From Entomortierella parvispora E1425 (lineage: Eukaryota > Fungi > Mortierellomycota), in NCBI GenBank assembly GCA_020891255.1, contig BQFW01000014.1:1550001-1614000 (forward strand): a stretch of DNA of 64,000 nucleotides, in the 5' to 3' direction. The first letter of the stretch is position 1. Each line of letters starts with the position of its first letter. This document shows positions 1 to 11,560 of the stretch, piece after piece. The notes beneath the pieces were generated by a model. That model was not told the origin of the DNA. It saw only the letters and a list, made by a program, of their open reading frames with translations, and made no database searches. A program made the position numbers and the translations under genes.

Positions 1-1
1 G

Positions 2-919
2 AAGGAAATCCTTCACACCATCATGGGCCGCGGCAGCTGTCAGCACTTCATGATCAATTGCGATTTTGAGTCCACCAAACCCATCCGGGCTAATATCACT
101 CTCAACACAATCCGACAAATCTTGTCCTTGGCCCCGTACAACGAGCCCATCGCCATCAACAAACTTTCTTTGCACAAGACAGAAAGGATGTTGGTCTTGG
201 ACAGGATTATTATCAACAAGTACACCGCTATGATCGACGCCATTGTACAGACCCTTGGAACGAAGAATGTTTTACAATCAAGCGTTTTGAGGCAATCCTA
301 TGAGCTCAAGAAACTACTGAACAACCTGCGGGCCGAGAAGTTGGAGGGAGAACAATTCATTGCTGAACACGACACGCAAAATCTTGTCATGATCTACGAG
401 AATCGATTCGACGAGCACTGGAGATTGATACACGTCAACCGCCCCCACTCTATGGCCTTCCCTAGCCAGCATCTTACCATACGGAAAGTAATGCTGCTGC
501 AAGAATTCACAGAGATCTCATCGGAGAAAGGAGGAAAAGACCATGCATTCTGGACGATCGATTTCAAGCGCGCATCATACAAAAATGGTGTTCTTCACGC
601 CAAACTTTATACTACAAGTGCGGACAAGTACCGATGGGCCATCTCGACAAGGAAAACTCGAGCTGTTTGCCTGGAGTCAGAGATTCCAGAGGCTGAGGAT
701 AGTTTGAAACGGCACAACGAGTTGTACGGGAGTCAACAAGAAGACATTGATCAGCTAATTAAGCAAAACAGCTTATACACGCAAATGCTGTCCTTGGCCA
801 GAAAGGACAGGCTGCATCCGGACATCTTTGCTCAGATGGTTGACCAAAGAGCATACATAGGAGAAGTCGACGAAAATGCCCTCAGTGTGGAAAGGGTCTA
901 TTTGCAAATCGTTCAATAA
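2..919 (+). CDS. P-loop GTPase family paralogue 1, C-terminal part (5' end lies outside the window)
   Basis: Frame is open from the window start (KEILHTIMGRGSCQHFMINCDFESTKPIRANITLNTIRQIL). This aligns with KDILNSIMGRGSCRHIVIDCDFETTKPIRRYITLNTIRQIL at 1047-2729 and with the matching segment of 3224-5350. Confidence 0.8.
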   Translation, partial: KEILHTIMGRGSCQHFMINCDFESTKPIRANITLNTIRQILSLAPYNEPIAINKLSLHKTERMLVLDRIIINKYTAMIDAIVQTLGTKNVLQSSVLRQSYELKKLLNNLRAEKLEGEQFIAEHDTQNLVMIYENRFDEHWRLIHVNRPHSMAFPSQHLTIRKVMLLQEFTEISSEKGGKDHAFWTIDFKRASYKNGVLHAKLYTTSADKYRWAISTRKTRAVCLESEIPEAEDSLKRHNELYGSQQEDIDQLIKQNSLYTQMLSLARKDRLHPDIFAQMVDQRAYIGEVDENALSVERVYLQIVQ

Positions 920-1046
920 AAATTCGATAACTTGATAAGTGGTATTCCCCCCCCCTAAAAAAAAAGGCCAGGGAGGAATGAGAACCAAAACACCATGTGA
1001 GTGGTGCCCTCTAACTCCTCATCATCAGGCGGAAGGGTATGGTTTA

Positions 1047-2729
1047 TTATTCCTCACGCTGACTCTGCAGTTCTAACAAAGAGAATCCATGCACCACTTC
1101 TTGCAAATAAACCTTCTCGACGACCTCTTGCAAATAAATTTTCTCGATCTCTATGGCTGCCTCAGCGTGGTCTTTGGAGTAAACCCCACTCGATACTAGA
1201 GCCAGGAATCGAGCGATACTCACAGAAGGTTCCTCCGCCTTGGCTGTCATATCGGTTCCGAGTTTACTCGTTTGCTGGAGCACCTTGATCTCTTGAAGCA
1301 GAGATGAGTTCGTCTCTTTATAATCGTTTAAATCCTGCAAAATCATCGGACGATCGCGTACTGCAGCATCAAGCCTTTCCCGGGCCCTTGAGATATCGTC
1401 TTTGTACCTCTCCAGAGACATTGTATAGTATTTGGCGGTTAGCAATCCGTTTCGGTAGGCGTCCCGTTTGAAGTCAATCTCGCAGAAATTGAAGCCAAGT
1501 CCACCTCTAATGCCTTCAATCTTCATGTTGTCGTTTGTAATGACCAGGTAACGAATGGGGTATGCTTGAGCGGGAAACGTTAAGGTTTTACGACGAAACC
1601 AATCAATAGCCCTCCAAACACCGGGAAACGCCTGTTCGTCAATGAGGACAGGTTCTGTCGTGCACACTGCTTTGGTATAGGCTAGCTCCCGAACTATAGT
1701 TGCCTCGATTGTGTTGATTGCCGTGTTGAGAACGGCAATGTCTTGCAAGGCATGGCCCTGCAGGGTGTTCTTGGATTCTAGAGTCCGGTTGCCGGCATCT
1801 AAGGTTGCCCTGTACTTGTTGTAGATAATCCTGTCGACGGTCTTCATTTTTGAAGTTTTGAAAACTCTCTCAGCGTCCATGAATACTGGCAGGTTCGTTC
1901 GTGCCTGCAATAGAATTTGTCGGATGGTGTTCAGGGTAATGTATCTTCTTATAGGCTTTGTCGTCTCAAAGTCGCAGTCAATCACGATGTGCCTACAGCT
2001 CCCCCGGCCCATGATGGAGTTTAAGATATCCTTTCGCTCGTTCATACTTTCGAGCTTGTCTTTTCGGAGAGGGTGGAGCTTAGCGTAATCGAACTTGGTG
2101 TGTACAAAGGTAACGATGCCCTGAAACTTTGGAAACACTTCCATGTAGGACTTGAGGGCCGATTGGGAACCTTCAGTGAATGGGCCATCTCCAACAATCA
2201 CCAGTACAAGATGGATGCCTCCAACATCTTGGAGACTCTTGATGATGGATGCGATGTGAACTTCATCGTCGCCGTTGGTGTCGTTTAGGCCCGGGGTATC
2301 AAAGAGATGGATGTGATGCATCGCCTCCCCCTCGGGGACATCGCATCGATGAAGAGTTTTATTACTCCGACAATCGAGGCTGGTCTCATAGCCCTCCCAG
2401 TCGTTCATGTTTTCTTCCATAAGCGCATCGATATTGACGACAGAGTATGAGGGAGGCTCTGTCGGATTTCCTGGGTTGGGTGGAGTTTCTAGGAGAACCT
2501 CATGCAGGGGATAGTTCATATCGACGCAGGATATGTGGACATCTTTGGTCATTGAAACATTTCCGTTTCCAATGGTGTCCTTTTCTATCTTGTGGCTTGG
2601 GTTGGCGTATTGTTTGACTGCTTGAACAAAAGTACTCTTTCCAGCCTGGGTTTCGCCAAGAATAAGGACATTGCACACTTTGGATTCAGAAGGATTGCTG
2701 GGAAATATGGGCTGGGCGTCCTTGGTCAT
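1047..2729 (-). CDS. Intronless P-loop GTPase (TRAFAC, AIG1/septin-like G domain) with coiled-coil C-terminus, paralogue 2
   Basis: 560-aa ORF with G1 GETQAGKS, G3 DTPG and a G4-like FVHTK after a hydrophobic strand; C-terminal helical region. Confidence 0.85.
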   Translation of the reverse strand: MTKDAQPIFPSNPSESKVCNVLILGETQAGKSTFVQAVKQYANPSHKIEKDTIGNGNVSMTKDVHISCVDMNYPLHEVLLETPPNPGNPTEPPSYSVVNIDALMEENMNDWEGYETSLDCRSNKTLHRCDVPEGEAMHHIHLFDTPGLNDTNGDDEVHIASIIKSLQDVGGIHLVLVIVGDGPFTEGSQSALKSYMEVFPKFQGIVTFVHTKFDYAKLHPLRKDKLESMNERKDILNSIMGRGSCRHIVIDCDFETTKPIRRYITLNTIRQILLQARTNLPVFMDAERVFKTSKMKTVDRIIYNKYRATLDAGNRTLESKNTLQGHALQDIAVLNTAINTIEATIVRELAYTKAVCTTEPVLIDEQAFPGVWRAIDWFRRKTLTFPAQAYPIRYLVITNDNMKIEGIRGGLGFNFCEIDFKRDAYRNGLLTAKYYTMSLERYKDDISRARERLDAAVRDRPMILQDLNDYKETNSSLLQEIKVLQQTSKLGTDMTAKAEEPSVSIARFLALVSSGVYSKDHAEAAIEIEKIYLQEVVEKVYLQEVVHGFSLLELQSQREE

Positions 2730-3223
2730 TTTTTGAGACTCTTGGATGTGTAAGTGAATATGTCGAGGGGAGCTGCAAAATGTAGTCTAGAGAAGGACGA
2801 AGAGAGGGTGGGAAGGAGAGTAGAAAATGTCTAGTAGAGATTAAAGAGGTGAAAGAGATTACATCCAGGGCACAGTTTGTCCAAACATCCATTGACACCT
2901 GCACCTGGTCAGATGAACAACATCGAACACAAGCAATTAGAGCTGTACTTTGCCTTGCATTGCATTTCTTTGCCTTGGTTTGCCTCAATTGTACCAATCA
3001 GCAGATGACAAACACCCTCGCCCCCCTACGCCTCGAAAGGTCATTGAGGAAAACACACAAGGGCGTCAATGGACTCGTCGCTTTGCAAAGAAACCTGTGG
3101 GAACAAACACTGCGCCAGAAAAAAAAAAAAAGACTCTGAAATGGAGGCATGTTAAGAGTTATCATTGTTGTCCTCTCTTCTTTCACTTCCTTTAGCACTC
3201 AATCCAGCCCAACCGCAATTTGG

Positions 3224-5350
3224 ATGGCTTCCGAAATGGTAAACATCCTCGTTCTGGGGGAAACACAGTCTGGTAAAAGCACCCTTGTAGAAGCGCTCAA
3301 GCTGTACGCCGATCCAAAATACAATGTCAACAGTTCAAAGATCGGGTCTGGCAATATCTCGAAAACAATGGAGGTAGTCCAGGAAGCTATCTGTACTCCA
3401 ATACCAAGATACTCCGTCTTCTTGAAAACCGATTTCGACCCGCACTCAAAGCTGCTACTGCCGGGGAAAGAGGCTGCCGCTCACGAATATTTCATCTTGA
3501 ACGACAAGGAGCTTTATGAACAACAGCTCAATGACAGGAAACATTTTCGCCAACCCGTTCCGTTGAATGATAGCATAGATGCTCTCAACCTCAGTCGCAA
3601 CTTCAACATCATTGATACACCTGGACTGAACGACACTTCTGATCGAGACGAGGATCATGTCTCCAAGATCTTCTCAGCTATCGGGGCCAAGTCCCTTAAT
3701 CTGGTCCTCGTCACTGTCTCTCGTGGTGCTTTTACACAGGGTCTGAAACAAACCCTTCGATCGTACCTGGACCTGTTTCCACAGCTTGGTGACATTATTG
3801 CATTTGTTCACACACGTGTGAATTACTTGGACCTTCACCCAGGGATGACCGACTTCCAGACCTACATGAAGCAGAGAACGGCAACATTGAACGACATTAT
3901 GGGTCGCGACTCAATTCCACACTTTTGGATCGATTGTGACTTTGAGAGCACAAAGCCGATTCGCAAGTGCATCACCAATAACACTCTGCGGAAGATCCTA
4001 AAGCTTGCAGATGGGAGCGAACCCGTTCCCATGCTCTATTCCGAAACTGTAAACAAGACGCCCAAGATGAAGGAGATTGACCAGATTATCAAGAGTCAGG
4101 TCCAAGCCGTCATGCAGGCAATCGAAAGCACACTTGAGTTCAAAGACAGCGAGGAGGGCAGACTATTACGAGGAGTGTATCTTCACGCTACAAAGATCAA
4201 TGAGCTTCAATCGAGGATTGAGCTCTCTAAGGATCTCAGGAAGAGCTATCAGACCGATGAGCTTGGGCTACTATTCCAAGAACGGTTCGACGATTTCCAG
4301 AAACCCTATGCAATGGACGAACTTCGCCTGGTGAAGTACGAAGGGTACCATCAGATCGAGAAGCAGGTTGTGTGGACGGACTACTTCTATCGCGATTTCT
4401 CTTCGATAATAGGCGAACTGCAGACGAACTGGCATCATAATTTTAGAAAGATGGCAGGGAACTACAGTGGCTATTATCATGTAAAGCTGTACGCGAAAAA
4501 GAGTAGCCGTTTCGCTTGCCAGATTGATGCACTCTCTAGTGAAATTGAGCAAATGGAACAAGATCTTGAGCAGGCGATCTTGGAGAGCGATCAACAACCA
4601 AAAGAATTACTCTCCAGGATTCAGTCCTTTGTGGATGAACACAACCAACACATGGAAGTCATTCGACTGGCAACGGCAGACACCTTACATCGCGACCTAT
4701 TTGTGCAATTACTTCATGATGAGGCATTTGCAGGACCCCAACACGAAAGTTCGGAGAAAGTAGCGAGGAGCTACCGCAGATTTGCAGCCAAAAGGATTCA
4801 ACATATCCACAATGTACCCACTTCCCCTTTTCTCCAAACGAGGGACAAAGATTTATATCAGGTGCTTGCCAGGACTCCAGAGTTGTGCGATGCGATTGAT
4901 AATGAGATGATTAATGCCGATATTCAATCACCATTGCAAAAGCAAATGGCGCCGCAATCCTTGCCTTATGAGCCGACAAATACCTTACCGCCTTCAGGAC
5001 TCCAGAGAAGAAGGGCCAGAGTTGGCCCTAGCAACGCGCGTAACGACCATATTGTTCTGCCAATTGAACACTCACCCAACCATCCGATTCCTAGTCCCAT
5101 TCAGCCAACAGACGAGGCGGAAGGCTGGGTCAAGGTCGAAGAGGTCGAAACAACATATGATTTTAAGCGCACCGAGGAGGTAAAGCGGATCGAGGAGGTC
5201 AAGCGTACTGGAGAGGTCAAGCTCACGGTGGAATTTAAGACCACCTTCGTGTACGAGGAGCACTCTGTCAAAAAACAGGCCGAGTCCGGGGATCAGATTG
5301 AGGGTATGAGTGATACCATGGCAATGGTCATAGTCGAGAAAGAGACATGA
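3224..5350 (+). CDS. Intronless P-loop GTPase paralogue 3 with low-complexity C-terminal extension
   Basis: Probable ATG at 3224 (MASEMVNILVLGETQSGKS); DTPGLNDT; FVHTR; IDCDFESTKPIR motif shared with the two neighbours. Confidence 0.85.
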   Translation: MASEMVNILVLGETQSGKSTLVEALKLYADPKYNVNSSKIGSGNISKTMEVVQEAICTPIPRYSVFLKTDFDPHSKLLLPGKEAAAHEYFILNDKELYEQQLNDRKHFRQPVPLNDSIDALNLSRNFNIIDTPGLNDTSDRDEDHVSKIFSAIGAKSLNLVLVTVSRGAFTQGLKQTLRSYLDLFPQLGDIIAFVHTRVNYLDLHPGMTDFQTYMKQRTATLNDIMGRDSIPHFWIDCDFESTKPIRKCITNNTLRKILKLADGSEPVPMLYSETVNKTPKMKEIDQIIKSQVQAVMQAIESTLEFKDSEEGRLLRGVYLHATKINELQSRIELSKDLRKSYQTDELGLLFQERFDDFQKPYAMDELRLVKYEGYHQIEKQVVWTDYFYRDFSSIIGELQTNWHHNFRKMAGNYSGYYHVKLYAKKSSRFACQIDALSSEIEQMEQDLEQAILESDQQPKELLSRIQSFVDEHNQHMEVIRLATADTLHRDLFVQLLHDEAFAGPQHESSEKVARSYRRFAAKRIQHIHNVPTSPFLQTRDKDLYQVLARTPELCDAIDNEMINADIQSPLQKQMAPQSLPYEPTNTLPPSGLQRRRARVGPSNARNDHIVLPIEHSPNHPIPSPIQPTDEAEGWVKVEEVETTYDFKRTEEVKRIEEVKRTGEVKLTVEFKTTFVYEEHSVKKQAESGDQIEGMSDTMAMVIVEKET

Positions 5351-5510
5351 TGGCGCCCATGCCTTCGGAATGAGTTCTCGAAAATAAAATCATTTTTTCT
5401 GGCTACAGTTTTGGATCCCCTCTGTTTCCACTGTTGTTTTTTTCTTCACATCGCAATTTGAGCTTTTAGCAGTTGGACCTTCACTTCTTTTTTTTTTTTT
5501 TTTTTTTTTC

Positions 5511-5570
5511 TTTGCCAGCAAAATGGGGCTGGGAAATCCACTCTTCGTAAACGTGCACATCCAAAGAGAT
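5511..5570 (+). pseudogene. Possible frameshifted Walker-A remnant of the AIG1-like gene at 6336
   Basis: tttgccagcaaaatggggctgggaaatccactctt...atccaaagagat aligns by eye with ttcgtcggcaagaccggcagcgggaaatccactctt...gtccaaggtgac (about 6360-6420), with a 15-nt exact core and small indels. Confidence 0.3.
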
Positions 5571-6193
5571 CACCACCTCATGTCTGTGATGTTTGAGTCA
5601 TCGCCCTCGATAAAATGGACCGCCATTGATTCCTGAAGATATGTCAGTCTGAAGGACAGCCTGTACCCAGTGAAGGGAAAAGATACGTTGTGTCAAACCA
5701 AATGCTTTGCCTTGGTTGTGGCACAAAAAAAAAAAAAAAAAAAAAAAAAAACATGCAAAAGAGCCTTGAAAGACATTGCACAGAGAATGCAAAAAAAAAA
5801 AAACACAAAGGGTGGTTCGATGTTCACTTCTGATCCCTGGAAAGGAGCGATTGTTTCCTCTTTTTTTTCGTGCTTGGGTAAGCTTTATGGCCATACACGC
5901 CCATTCAATGGCTTGTTCTCGTTCTTAATGGGAACCTAACTGCCAACTAACAATCGGTTGCTCGAAGAAAACCATCGCGAGCGTTCAGACAAATACCCTT
6001 GAGAACCCATTCCTTGATTGAGCTCGAATTTGATTTAATTAACCTTTACATGAAGTAAACGACATCCAGCGCAGCCTTTTCAAGTTGACCAGGTCCTGTT
6101 ATCTGAAGGATAGGCCCAGAGGGCGGAAAAGAACCGTGAAGTGGTGAGAAAAAACCATGGTGACAACATGACTGAGAGAGAGCCTTTTTTGCC

Positions 6194-6224
<31 letters not shown>

Positions 6225-6335
6225 GGCTTTGCCAACAGTCAACAATGTCCAAATACGATGAGAACGCCCCCAAAAGGTCGCTTTTGCATCTTCTTTCTCT
6301 TTCCTGCTACTTCCTTAGTTCGGCATTCCGATACA

Positions 6336-7076
6336 ATGGCACCCTTACAGAAAATCATTTTCGTCGGCAAGACCGGCAGCGGGAAATCCACTCTTTGCAA
6401 CATGCTCGTCCAAGGTGACCTTCAGAAGAAAAACGCCCGGGAGGTCAGCGACAATGCCGCCGGCGTCTCTTGCGACATCCAACTTGTTCAAGGTCGTCAA
6501 TGGAGTGCCTGTGATACTGTGGGCTTAGGAGAATTGCAAGCCAAAGGAGCCGGGGTGGTGGACCCCGCACTGGAGCTTTTGGCCAGTGCTCTCAAGGCAG
6601 GTCAACATGGATTCCACTACATCGCGTTTGTCGTGCAAAAGGGTCGTATCGCCCAGGAGAACGCAGAGCTTTTTGATCTGTTCAAGGCGACGTTTGTCGG
6701 AGCAGAAAGCAACTTTGTGCTCATCTTCACACACTGTCACAGCGCGAAATGGATAATTGACAATCAGCTGACGATCAAGAGCGTCTATGGAGATCTTCCT
6801 ATTGTTCATTGCGACTTCCCGTTCAACCAGGAGAACATTGATGAAGGGCGAGAGAAGAGAGTCAACAGTCTGAGTGAGTTGGAGAGACAGCTAAGCGTGA
6901 TCCAGCGGAGTCCGGTAGTGCCTACTTTGTCGAGGGTCTTGCCCCCAAATCCCACACCTGAGCAGGCTCGGGTTCGAGAAGAGGCTACTCGGAAGTTTGC
7001 CATCTCTTTGGGCGCTTTTCTCGAGGTTGGATGGTGCATCTTCAAAACTGTTATGTTTTTCATTCAAAACTTTTAG
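6336..7076 (+). CDS. AIG1/GIMAP-like GTPase with hydrophobic C-terminal tail
   Basis: ATG at 6336 (MAPLQKIIFVGKTGSGKS); G3 DTVG; FHYIAFVVQKGRI and VLIFTHC resemble AIG1-family motifs; tail FAISLGAFLEVGWCIFKTVMFFI. Confidence 0.8.
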   Translation: MAPLQKIIFVGKTGSGKSTLCNMLVQGDLQKKNAREVSDNAAGVSCDIQLVQGRQWSACDTVGLGELQAKGAGVVDPALELLASALKAGQHGFHYIAFVVQKGRIAQENAELFDLFKATFVGAESNFVLIFTHCHSAKWIIDNQLTIKSVYGDLPIVHCDFPFNQENIDEGREKRVNSLSELERQLSVIQRSPVVPTLSRVLPPNPTPEQARVREEATRKFAISLGAFLEVGWCIFKTVMFFIQNF

Positions 7077-7321
7077 CATTGGTATCTAGAACATACACCT
7101 ACTACGTATCTTCCCGACCATTCTAAATGAGTACTTTTTCACAACCACTCGCAATGAACGTCGCAATGAACCTCTCGCTTCATTATTTGAGGTGATGCAG
7201 GGCGTGATAGTGGCCCATGCTCCACCTTGAGCTCCACAAAATATACAGCCTCAACTATTTCAATGGGTATCATAACACTTTAATTGAGCACGCCATGTTC
7301 TTGCATCATGTCTTATACTTT

Positions 7322-10300
7322 CTAAGCTCCTCCTCGACCTCGTCCACGTCCACGTCCGCCTCGTCCACGCCCACGGGAGGCCCAAAAGCTGCGACCCTTC
7401 GCCTTCCCGCCTCCGCGGCCCTTTTGTTCAGAATACGACAGGGTGGGCTTGCTCCGAATCGCCAAACTTCCATTAGCTGTCGTCGGCATGCCCCCGAAGG
7501 GCAACTGTTTCGGGCCTTGCGATATGTTTCCAAAGTCTTCCACAGAGAAGCCATAACCTGGTGCGGGTCCTGACGAGGATGAGCCAGCACTGGACCCCAA
7601 AGTCATCGGACCTACCCCTGCCCCAAAAGTGAGTTGCCCTTTAGCGCCTTGGTTCCCTCGTCCACGTCCTCGTCCACGACCTCGGCCACGGCCCCGCCCT
7701 TTGGCTGTCGCAGACCCTTCGTTCTCGTCATCACTGCCGCGGTGAGTCCGAAACTGTGCAAAAAAAATCTCAACTGAAGGGTCTCCTCGTAATTTTCGCA
7801 AATCAACCACGTCGCTTAACAAGTTCTCGTCTGAGATCTCCTCTTCATCGTCATCGGTAGCTGCTGCTCTTCCTACGTAATCCTCGTTCAAAAAGGCGCC
7901 GTTTTGACTATTTGTTTGGGGATCCCACCACTCCTGACTTTGAAAGCCATAGTCAACATCATCAAACTCGAACGGCTGAGGATCCTCGGATCGATCACTG
8001 ACCCGTTCCTTTCCTTGGGAATGATCGCCCTTATTGCGGCGAGCACCTGAGCCCGAGCCTCCACTTTGGCGTTGACTGTATGATGGTCTGGACACTATAT
8101 CTGCCTCTTGTGTCGCAGTCTTCGCTGATTCGACGGCAGTTTTGGTGACTTTGGACATCACCAGCTTGCCAGGGATGGCTCCAATCCCACCCACAACGCC
8201 ACCAAGACCAACTCCTCGAACCTGACGATGATCTAGCTTTTCAGAGTCAAATAGATCGTCCTCCTGATTCCAAAGCTTCTCTGCGACAGGCCGACGTCCG
8301 ACCTCGATCTCATGCTCCGAGTCCTGACCTTCGGATGCCTTGGGCGAGCTAACGCGCCTGCGTCCCTCTTTTAACATCTGCTGACGCCGTTGCCGAGCAG
8401 AGTCAGGAAGCATGCTATCAAGGACGGATGCTCTCTGTTTTTTTATAGTCCCAGGCAGCTGTGTTTGGCTGTGTGCGATTTCAGCAACATTATCTCCTTC
8501 TGAATCGTCCAACTGGATATAATCCCTCCTTAGCCCTTGTCTTGCAGTAGCAGACTTAGCCCCAGGCTCTAGTTTGGTTTGTTGCTCCAGAACAGTCCCT
8601 GAATTTTTGATGACTGACTTCTCTGGGGCGCGAGAGATTCGCATTTGGGTAGATGGTCCTGAGCCCTCCATGAAATCATCCATATCATCCTCATCCACTT
8701 CAGAGAAGGCCTCCGCTTTGTCCTTCGCCGGCTGGCTAGCGGAAGATAGTGCGGCCACCCCTTTCTTTGGTTTGATTACACGAGTCGAAAAGTACGGCGC
8801 TACAGAAGAGGCTGATGAAGTGGGGAGGACTGCTCGAGATGACGACTGCGTGCTCAGCGGCGTTACTACAGCCTGTCCTGCTGGGATTCCAAAGGCACTC
8901 TGGCTCGAGGCGCTGTCGATCTGGGATATTTCAATGGGATCTGTGTCGTAAATCTGACTGCCGACTTCATCGCTTGATAAACCAGATGAAGCAGTTTTGC
9001 GTAAGCTGGCGTTCCTTCTGCCATCTTTCTGCAATTTGGCTGGTGGTGAGTTGAGGGTCATGTTTCTCACTTGACGGGTTGGTGAGTCAACGGATACCAC
9101 GGCCTCCTGACGCCTGCCACGATTTCTAACCGCATCATTTGACTCAACACGGCGACCGGTCGGGTATTGGGTGTGTAGCTCACCCCGACCTGCATGCTGC
9201 TCCTCATAGATCGATCCTGCTGCATCATCAAAGCCCATGTCCTGCGTCTGGAATGTCCTCTCCAAGGCTAGGGCCATCTCCTGATCCTGCCTCTCGATAG
9301 CATCTTGCTCTTCGCGGTCCTTTTCTTGGAGCTCTGCTTCAACATGGGCCGCCAAATCCTCAGCTGGCATTATCTTGGAACAGAGTGGACAACTACCGGT
9401 AGCCTTAACAGGAAGGATGGGCGAAGGCGGCGGGGAAAATTCTAGGTCGATATGACGCGATGCTGGCCCTCTCTCTGTCATGCTCTCTCCATATAGTGCC
9501 GTTGGCGCAGTTGGAAGACTATTGAGATCTACAAGATGCAAGCCAGTAAACCGCTTCCTACTGCGCTCGTGATGTAGCACTGTCGCCTGGAGTCTTTGGC
9601 TTTCATCCGAGAACAGTTCAATTTCTTCCACAGGTGAGGGCTCCAGTTCCGACTCTGGTTCCGGCTCTAGGAAACGAGGCCCAGGCTCTGTCAAACGCAT
9701 GCGTTTCGAGGGAGATGTCAAACTGGCGCGTGCCGATCTTCGACGAATCCTTGGGTCTTCTAGTGGTTCCTCAAACTCTTCTTCGGACTCGTCAGCCTCA
9801 ATTGGATCTTGGGTTGGTTCCTTGGTTGTTGATTGGGTGGCTCGTTGGAAAATAGGGAAAGGTCGGGGTGGACTTTTTTCTTTAGCGATCTGTAGAGACA
9901 TGCGCTCTATGACAGGTTTTGGAGTTGGTGTGCCGATTTCGAAATCGTCCTCAAAGAGTAGAGTCTCACGGAGTCGCCTATGTGATTCTTCGACTTCCTT
10001 TGCATCTTCATTTTTCGAAGATAAATCCTGGCTTGATTCGATATCGGATGGTAAATCGAGAATCAACGGTCTAGGTTTTGTGAGCTTGACAGGCTTCGAG
10101 CTCAAGTAGCCTGCGCTCTGGTTTCCTTGTGTTGGTGATCGGCCCTTTTGTTCCTTTGAGATATCCGCCTCGGCCTCAGAGTCAGACACAAGGGCTCGAA
10201 CGGGGCTATCCTTTTGTTTCGATCCAATAAATGAGCCGATATTGGGCAACCCCAAGTGATTGCCTACAGAGCTTTGACGACGTGAGCGAGGCCAGTCTTC

Positions 10301-11560
10301 AGATGCGTTCTCCAGCTCAGACTCATCGTCTTCGGAATCCCCCACCATGTCATAGTGCCTAATCCGCTGTTTGGATTTGGGGGTGGATAAAACAATATCC
10401 CCCTCTGGCCCTTCCGCGATAGACCATGGCATGGCAACACCGCCATTTGGCGAAGACACGACTTTGGAGGGCGATTCCGAATCCTTAGGGATGGTGTCAA
10501 GGGCAGTGGGGTATGCAGATGTACGCTTCCTGGTACGGTCCTGTTTGAGGGTATTTTTGCCCATATCCTTTGAGAGTTCATCCTTGTCATCATCGCTGTT
10601 GTCTTTGAGTTCAACAGGCACATTTGAGAGTCGTGGCGCCGACTGTGGTGGCTCTGGCTCGTCGTCGCCACTGGAAACTAGATTGATTGTCTGCAATTTC
10701 GACGCTTGAACCTATATAATTACAAACTTGATATTAGTTCCAGGCGTTTCCTTTGATATAGGAGCTCTGTCGGAATTTTTGCATGCATACCAATCGCCGT
10801 CGACCATTTGATTGCGGAGAGATAGCACTTTGTCCCTTTCTTCTCGCTGGTTGATGTGCCACTCTCCTCTTTGGTTCTTCTCGATTGTCGTTGATGAGCA
10901 CTGCAGTTTCGTCGTCGTCGGACCCTATCACCTCAATCGGTTCAGACGACTGCATATGACGCCTGGGAGAAGCGAACCGAGCTCTATAAGACTGATCCCC
11001 ACCAATGCCCGAGGTGGCTGACATGAGCACAACAGGTTCTAGGGATGGCCGTCCAAATGACGTCCTCCTGGGATTAACTCGATTGGGGGACTCGGTCCGA
11101 AGAGATTGGTGAGGGGTATCCGGCTCTGACAGCCACGGGTCAATCAAGTCTTTGGCTGGCTCTTTGCTGCTGCTAGCCCTGCTGTTCCCATTCCAGCTGT
11201 TGACAATTGCGCTGTTCCCCTGAGCCGTCTTTAAACTGTCTTTGAGGGCTTGCTGGAAAGCGGCCTCTTCATCATAGTTCGTTTCGTTGATTTCATCATG
11301 ACTCCTGTACTTGTTGTTGTCGTCGTTTGCGTCTGCCCTGTTGAACTCTGATCGAACCGAGCCCCGCCTGTTCTCCGTTTCCCTGTGTTTCCGAGTCCTG
11401 CAGAGTAAAGGAAGGAAGGAAGGTTAGTTCACCGAGCGGTTGTTGTCAGCAATGAACATTCCTGGGAATGAAGGGAATGAGCCGCTCTCCCCTGTTCTCA
11501 TAGAATTTTGGTGGCAAACGAAGGAAACAAAAATGAGTCAGGGACGTACTGAGAAAACAT
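7322..11560 (-). CDS. About 1330-aa disordered protein with N-terminal UIM, UBZ-type zinc finger and C-terminal RGG/RG repeats; 3 exons (11560-11550, 11397-10791, 10711-7322)
   Basis: Two GT..AG introns with CTAA branch motifs join in frame (MFSQTRKHR...; RRRL/VQASKLQTIN). Motifs: DEEAAFQQALKDSLK (UIM), CPLCSKIMPAEDLAAHVEAEL (UBZ-like), QDQEMALAL (MIU-like) and GRGRGRGRG repeats. Confidence 0.8.

Noticed and set aside
7217-10709. Plus-strand ORFs antisense to the UIM/UBZ gene, and similar shadow ORFs over the ABCA, ERG11 and kinesin genes
   Set aside because: Antisense or alternate-frame by-products of real coding sequence.
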